From an uncultured Dehalococcoidales bacterium (lineage in GTDB: Bacteria > Chloroflexota > Dehalococcoidia > Dehalococcoidales > CAYYQY01), in assembly GCA_964570635.1 (NCBI GenBank), contig CAZMZA010000001.1, positions 1 through 40,154 on the forward strand: a stretch of DNA of 40,154 nucleotides, written 5' to 3'. The notes under the pieces were generated by a model that did no database searches, had not been told where the DNA came from, and was given only the letters and a program-made list of their open reading frames with translations. Below are positions 35,571-40,154 of the stretch, piece after piece; positions within the stretch are counted from its first letter, which is position 1; the number at the start of each line of letters is the position of its first letter. The translations under genes were made by a program, and so were the position numbers.

Positions 35571-36929
35571 TCACTCCTGCAAAAACTCCTCTTCAAATAT
35601 GTGAAATATCCTGGTGGCAACTACCTCATTCCCCTCTTCTGATAAGTGGGCAAAATCGATATAGTACGTCTTTGTCCTATCATCAAGGGCGTCTGAAATA
35701 TTGAAGAAATAAGGGAGTGATTTCGCCGTCAGAGAATCATCAGTATTCCTGAAACATTGGCTCAAGGCTTTGTCCCTTAACCTGGGGTCTATTACTGTGG
35801 CCTCTTCATCGGTCAGTTTTTCTTCGGTAAATATGACCGGCTGCCAGAAACAGGTATACTTGAAGCCGTACGCCTGTGCCAGGTGGTCCAAGAGTCCCAT
35901 TGATTCTATGTACTGCTCAACAATGCCATCAGATAGCACCTGTAATTCTTCGTCATTATACCTGGCCGCAACCTCTGAAAACTCTGGAGAAAAAAGGGCT
36001 GATATTTTCCCAACCGCCCTATAAATCATGGATTGTTCTCTTAACAGAAGATACGCCCGGCCAGCAATTTGTTGCCATACTGACGGTGGGTACAGAACTG
36101 CTTTTAGCTGCTCCTTGATGAAAGAGACATTCTGAGTGCTTCCGGGAACGCCGGACTGGTAAGCTGCGTAAACATCATTAATACCATCGTAAAATATGAC
36201 GTAGTCGGGCCTATGGCCCTCTCTTAATAACAGCGCCAGGTGAATGATTTCCTGAGTAAAGGTATAGGCGGTCTCCCCGTAATTATATACAGCGAACTCG
36301 TAACCGCTATTATCGAGCAGCTTGGATAGATGGGAGGGTATGGTGTAATCGTCCCTGGCACCGATCCCCCAGGCGGTTGACCCACCAAAGACATACAGGG
36401 TATTCTGTACCTCCCCCGGTGCGTGTTCCGGGTTCCAGGTCTTCCTGACTCCTTCAGAATCGATATTTATATACTCACCGTGATATTCCTCCCTGTCCCA
36501 GCCCAGGAATGGTTCATAGTCTGAACGTAATTCAGAGACCTCCTGCCAGTAGGCCTCCGCCCATTCCTTTCCCTCGTAGGGTGACAAGAGGCACACCTCA
36601 AAAACTGCCCCCTGCTGTTCACCCCGGTGGATTACCAAATCAGTGATATGCAGACCGGTTTCTATCAGGAGAACCACCAGTACTGCGGCAATATAGCCAA
36701 AAGCTAGATGCTTTCTTTCCTGCGGGGTGTTCCCCTTGAAATAGAGAAGCAGGCCGGTGGTGATGAAGAATATCTCGAAGGCGCCGATGAAGAGCATGGT
36801 CTGAAGTGAAAAATTAATACGCTGTAACAGATAGCCCAGTAACCACGGGTTGGCCAGTAAACCGATGGCGATAAAGCAGAAGGCCAGGATGACGTTGAAG
36901 CGGGTAAGCCTATGAGAACTATTTTCCAC
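35571..36929 (-). CDS. Membrane-anchored SGNH/GDSL-like hydrolase or acyltransferase
   Basis: Four N-terminal TM helices, then SGNH-like blocks: YVFGGSTAWG (block I, with GGS in place of GDS), FYDGINDVY (block III, GxND) and DFAHLSEEGN (block V, DxxH). GTG start after GGGAGGG. Confidence 0.68.
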   Translation of the reverse strand: MENSSHRLTRFNVILAFCFIAIGLLANPWLLGYLLQRINFSLQTMLFIGAFEIFFITTGLLLYFKGNTPQERKHLAFGYIAAVLVVLLIETGLHITDLVIHRGEQQGAVFEVCLLSPYEGKEWAEAYWQEVSELRSDYEPFLGWDREEYHGEYINIDSEGVRKTWNPEHAPGEVQNTLYVFGGSTAWGIGARDDYTIPSHLSKLLDNSGYEFAVYNYGETAYTFTQEIIHLALLLREGHRPDYVIFYDGINDVYAAYQSGVPGSTQNVSFIKEQLKAVLYPPSVWQQIAGRAYLLLREQSMIYRAVGKISALFSPEFSEVAARYNDEELQVLSDGIVEQYIESMGLLDHLAQAYGFKYTCFWQPVIFTEEKLTDEEATVIDPRLRDKALSQCFRNTDDSLTAKSLPYFFNISDALDDRTKTYYIDFAHLSEEGNEVVATRIFHIFEEEFLQE

Positions 36930-36943
36930 AGTCCCTCCCTATA

Positions 36944-37984
36944 TTAAGGCTTTTTCCGGCCAATCATTATAAACAACCCACCTTCCCTGCCTCCACCGAG
37001 CAGCATGCCCAGCTGGGCCAGGAAGTGGTCAACCGCCGTCCCCCTGGGGTTTGCCTTAAACAACGGCTCATCTGGAGAGAACGGCTCGAATGCCATAGAC
37101 TTCGGTATGCTGTTAATAAACTCGACCTCACACTGGTCAAACCAGCCCAGTACTTCCCCAATCGTATGCTTAGACTCTTGCGGATTCTTATACTGGTCCA
37201 TAAACCAGATATGCTTCCGGGCGCCGGTAAGGTTCTGGTCTCTCAGGCGGGCATCAAGGAACCGGAAACGATTGCCCGAAAGTCTGAAAATGAAACGCCT
37301 GATGTCAGTAGGCATCCTGCCATAGGTATTGTACAGCCCCACTACGATAAACCCACCCTTCTTGACCACTTTTGTTATCGCTTTAAAACCAGTCAACGGG
37401 TCACTGGTGTGATGTAATACACCGTTACATATAACCAGGTCAAAACTTTCTGGACTGAATACCGGCCGGAACAGGTTCATCTGGAGAAAAGCAACATTTT
37501 CGGTCTGATTTTTCTGCTTAAACTCCTGGCCCAGCTTCAGGGAATTCAGGCAAATATCGGTGCCAAAAACGGTTCTTCCCCAGGTCATACCCAGAAAATT
37601 GCTTAACTGTCCCGTGCCACAGCCAACCTCGAGTATCCTCGCCCCGTAGGGGATTTGGTCATCCAGTAAACGGGCGAAAATCCCCCTTTCGGCTTTCTGT
37701 CTCAGGCTCCGGTCCGAGTCTATATCTTCATAGCCAGGAAAGGGGGGTTCCTCGTAGAACGATTTTACCACCTCGGTAACATCCGTTCTGGAGTCCCACT
37801 CATTGGGCCAGAATAACAAAGGAATCCCCTTTTCGCAGCCGAAAGAGCGGTTGCACCTGGAACACTCTATCCCGCGTCCATCACCGGACACATTCAAAGC
37901 TCCACCGCACACTGGGCAAACAAAAATGTCCATATGCTGAACCACAGGAGCCGGCACGACCGCGCTAATCTCATCAGGTTTCAT
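36944..37984 (-). CDS. Zinc-ribbon (Trm112-like) fused class I SAM-dependent methyltransferase
   Basis: N-terminal CPVCGGAL...CSRCNRSF...GIPLL (four-Cys ribbon), then ILEVGCGTGQLSNFL (motif I) and FDLVICNGVLHH. Confidence 0.8.
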   Translation of the reverse strand: MKPDEISAVVPAPVVQHMDIFVCPVCGGALNVSGDGRGIECSRCNRSFGCEKGIPLLFWPNEWDSRTDVTEVVKSFYEEPPFPGYEDIDSDRSLRQKAERGIFARLLDDQIPYGARILEVGCGTGQLSNFLGMTWGRTVFGTDICLNSLKLGQEFKQKNQTENVAFLQMNLFRPVFSPESFDLVICNGVLHHTSDPLTGFKAITKVVKKGGFIVVGLYNTYGRMPTDIRRFIFRLSGNRFRFLDARLRDQNLTGARKHIWFMDQYKNPQESKHTIGEVLGWFDQCEVEFINSIPKSMAFEPFSPDEPLFKANPRGTAVDHFLAQLGMLLGGGREGGLFIMIGRKKP

Positions 37985-37997
37985 ATCTAACCTTATG

Positions 37998-38177
37998 TTA
38001 AAAAAGCGTATATATAAACGGTGCTACCCCGGAGCCCCCGGCGAAAATCAATAACAGACCTAATAACACCAGAAGGACTATCATTGGGATCAGCCACCAC
38101 AGTTTTCTCCGCCAGAGAAACACCAGCAGCTCGCCAAATATGCCTGACCTAGACACAAAGCTTTTTATCGCTCTCAC
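37998..38177 (-). CDS. DUF5989-family small membrane protein (carbamoyltransferase-associated)
   Basis: ...ELLVFLWRRKLWWLIPMIVLLVLLGLLLIFAGGSGVAPFIYTLF matches the DUF5989 pattern as I recall it. I prefer the GTG at 38177, 6 nt after GAGGAG. The ORF-track start is the GTG at 38207. Confidence 0.62.
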   Translation of the reverse strand: MRAIKSFVSRSGIFGELLVFLWRRKLWWLIPMIVLLVLLGLLLIFAGGSGVAPFIYTLF

Positions 38178-38207
38178 CTTACTCTCCTCTCGCCAAAGAG
38201 TAACCAC

Positions 38208-39986
38208 CTACTTCCTTATCATGAAATTTTCCAAGACCAGTGCGTCTATTCCGCTCTTGCTGAAAGTATTGAAGGCGTTGGCCGGCGAAGCGACAATTGG
38301 TTCGCCTCTCAGGTTAAAAGAGGTATTCAGCAGGACGGGCACCCCCGTTGCCTCACCGAATTTCTTCACCACCTGATAGTACCGCGGGTTCCATTCTTCT
38401 CTAATCGTCTGGAGCCTCCCCGTTCCCATATGGTTAACCGCGTTTATGGTCTCTGCCCTGTCTTCCTTCAGCGGCAAAACCAAAAGCATGTACCTTGCGG
38501 GGAACTGCTTTACCGCGCTACTGCCATCACAGAAAAAATCCCCCGTATTCTCTTCCGGTATGACCGGGGCAAAGAGTCTAAAAGGTTCACGGAACTTGAT
38601 TTTCATATTCACCAGGTCCTTCATCTCTTCCGTTCTCGGGTCGGCCAGAATACTGCGGTTGCCCAGTGCCCTTGGCCCCCACTCAAATCTGCCCTGAAAC
38701 CAGCCGACAACTTTTCCGTTCACCAAATCATCTACCAGCCTGTCCAGCAGCTTTTCCTCATCTGAGAAGTACTGGTAAGGAATATTGTTGGTATCTAGAA
38801 ATTCCTTGATAGCTTCCTCCGAATATCCCTTTCCCCAGTAAGCATGCTCCAGGACAAAAGCTCTTGGCTTTCCCAGCAACGCGTGATAAGCGTATAACGC
38901 AGCACCCAGGGCACCTCCTCCGTCTCCGGCCGATGGTTGAATGAAAAGCTCCTCAAAAGGAGTTTCCCGCAATATTCTGCCGTTGGCTACGGAATTCAGG
39001 CCGACTCCCCCGGCGATACAGAGCTTCTTCAACCCTGTCTCCTTATGCAGGGAATTTACCAATTTCAGTAAGATTTCCTCCGTCACTCTCTGAATACTAG
39101 CGGCAATATCGGCGTAATGCTCATTCTGCCGGCAAAGCTCTCCATAATTTGACGGCTTATCGCCGAAGTAAGACGGGAACCTGGTGTTAGTAGTAAAAAA
39201 AGGCGCCTCAGGGACCCTCGGTTTTCCGAACAGGTCTTCAAACCTGGAATTAAACATTCCTTCGTCAGAATAGTGGTAGGAGAAATAGTCCATATTCGTC
39301 CAGAAAGAACCATCATCGGCTACCCGAACGAGGTTAGCGTATATTTTGTCAATGTACTTCGGCTCTCCGTAAGGCGCCATTCCCATGACCTTATATTCCC
39401 CCTCGTTGACCTGGAAACCCAAAAAAGCAGTAAAGACGCTATAAAGAAGGCCGAGGGAATGGGGAAACCTTATTTCTTTCAGCAACCTGATATCTTCTCC
39501 TTTGCCTACGCCCAGGGTCGCAGTCGTCCATTCTCCGACCCCGTCCACAGTAAGCGTTGCCGCTTCTTCAAAGGGGGAGGGGTAAAAGGCGCTGGCAGCA
39601 TGGGAAAGGTGATGCTCCCCGAAAATAATCCTTTCGGGTTCAACCCCTACCCTATCCCTTATAATACTCCTCACCCAAAGCTTGTCGGAAAGCCATGTCA
39701 TCATTGCTTCCCGAAAAACATTCCACGATTTAGGGAAAGACTGGAACGTCGTCATCAGAATACGCTCGAATTTATGGAAGGGTTTCTCGTAGAAGACCAC
39801 ATAATCTATGTCCTCCCCTGAGATGCCGGCATGTTCCAGGCAGAAATTTATAGCGTTCTCAGGGAAATCAAAATCGTGTTTTATTCTGGTAAATCTTTCT
39901 TCCTCTGCGGCTGCTATCAGTTTCCCGTCTTCTAATAGAGCCGCAGCCGCATCATGGTAATAACAAGAAATTCCTAATATATACAT
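38208..39986 (-). CDS. Carbamoyltransferase (NodU/CmcH family)
   Basis: MYILGISCYYHDAAAALLEDGKLIAAAEEERFTRIKHD (ASKHA-type N-terminal domain) and a C-terminal YrdC/Kae1-like carbamoyltransferase region. Length is 592 aa. Confidence 0.9.
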   Translation of the reverse strand: MYILGISCYYHDAAAALLEDGKLIAAAEEERFTRIKHDFDFPENAINFCLEHAGISGEDIDYVVFYEKPFHKFERILMTTFQSFPKSWNVFREAMMTWLSDKLWVRSIIRDRVGVEPERIIFGEHHLSHAASAFYPSPFEEAATLTVDGVGEWTTATLGVGKGEDIRLLKEIRFPHSLGLLYSVFTAFLGFQVNEGEYKVMGMAPYGEPKYIDKIYANLVRVADDGSFWTNMDYFSYHYSDEGMFNSRFEDLFGKPRVPEAPFFTTNTRFPSYFGDKPSNYGELCRQNEHYADIAASIQRVTEEILLKLVNSLHKETGLKKLCIAGGVGLNSVANGRILRETPFEELFIQPSAGDGGGALGAALYAYHALLGKPRAFVLEHAYWGKGYSEEAIKEFLDTNNIPYQYFSDEEKLLDRLVDDLVNGKVVGWFQGRFEWGPRALGNRSILADPRTEEMKDLVNMKIKFREPFRLFAPVIPEENTGDFFCDGSSAVKQFPARYMLLVLPLKEDRAETINAVNHMGTGRLQTIREEWNPRYYQVVKKFGEATGVPVLLNTSFNLRGEPIVASPANAFNTFSKSGIDALVLENFMIRK

Positions 39987-40154
39987 CAGTATTGTTTCTT
40001 GGACTGTTCCAGGTCGACCCTACTGACTATCTTGGAAAGCCAGTGGGACTCGCTACTTCGATATTTCAATCTTAGCGGGTCGGAAAACATCTTCACCGGC
40101 AGGGCGAAGGGTGCCACCAAAATGAAAAAGAACAGGGAAAGGACTATCCTACTC
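39986..40154 (-). CDS. SxtJ-like small membrane protein, C-terminal part (5' end outside the window)
   Basis: My hand translation of the minus strand gives ...SRIVLSLFFFILVAPFALPVKMFSDPLRLKYRSSESHWLSKIVSRVDLEQSKKQY*. The stop (TGA) overlaps the carbamoyltransferase ATG (TGATG). The hydrophobic helix plus D-P-L-R-L-K pattern and the gene order fit the SxtJ-carbamoyltransferase-DUF5989 trio. Confidence 0.5.
   Translation of the reverse strand, partial: SRIVLSLFFFILVAPFALPVKMFSDPLRLKYRSSESHWLSKIVSRVDLEQSKKQY

Noticed and set aside
1-40154. Search by eye for tRNA/rRNA genes, CRISPR repeats, transposases, integrases or classic defence genes
   Set aside because: The only sizeable non-coding stretches (4998-5460 and 6004-6348) show no tRNA T-arm or cloverleaf signatures and no regularly spaced repeats. 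No ORF has recombinase, nuclease-helicase or toxin-antitoxin hallmarks that I could recognise.

Overview
Bacterial chromosomal window of mid-range GC by eye. The gene content mixes bacterial and archaeal-type glycosylation families. This would fit a Chloroflexota-like or candidate-phylum genome, but that is only a guess.

Layout:
- 1-5.0 kb: housekeeping genes (3' part of dapF, a DapL-type aminotransferase, hflX), then a CrtI-like flavoprotein with a translationally coupled small ORF on the minus strand.
- 5.0-6.35 kb: mostly non-coding. It holds orphan back-to-back terminator hairpins and a visibly AT-rich ~0.7 kb islet carrying one orphan membrane ORF.
- 6.35-40.15 kb: a ~34 kb surface-glycan assembly and decoration locus that runs off the right edge. 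It has a divergently transcribed GT-C membrane glycosyltransferase, a plus-strand operon (7.9-18.5 kb) and a tightly packed minus-strand operon (40.15 to 18.5 kb). The two operons converge and overlap at 18482-18485.

Contents of the glycan locus:
- Three NDP-6-deoxyhexose entry points: rmlA/rmlB, gmd/fcl, and a second nucleotidyltransferase plus dehydratase-like SDR.
- A DegT paralog with the Lys-to-His signature of sugar 3-dehydratases, and a Lys-retaining DegT aminotransferase.
- Two B12-binding radical SAM enzymes and two SAM methyltransferases.
- An SxtJ / carbamoyltransferase / DUF5989 module and a membrane-anchored SGNH protein.
- Three GT2 and three GT4 glycosyltransferases and a MOP-type flippase.
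- A DUF1616 protein (an archaeal-type family), an alkaline-phosphatase-superfamily protein, and two large polytopic membrane proteins with C-terminal soluble domains.

I saw no rRNA, tRNA, CRISPR array, transposase or integrase. The most novel candidate is an archaeal-flavoured glycan or protein-glycosylation machinery (GT-C, Dpm1-like GT2, DUF1616, AlkP, orphan polytopic protein) combined with unusually heavy sugar tailoring. All functional calls come from motif-level reading of the translations, not from database searches.
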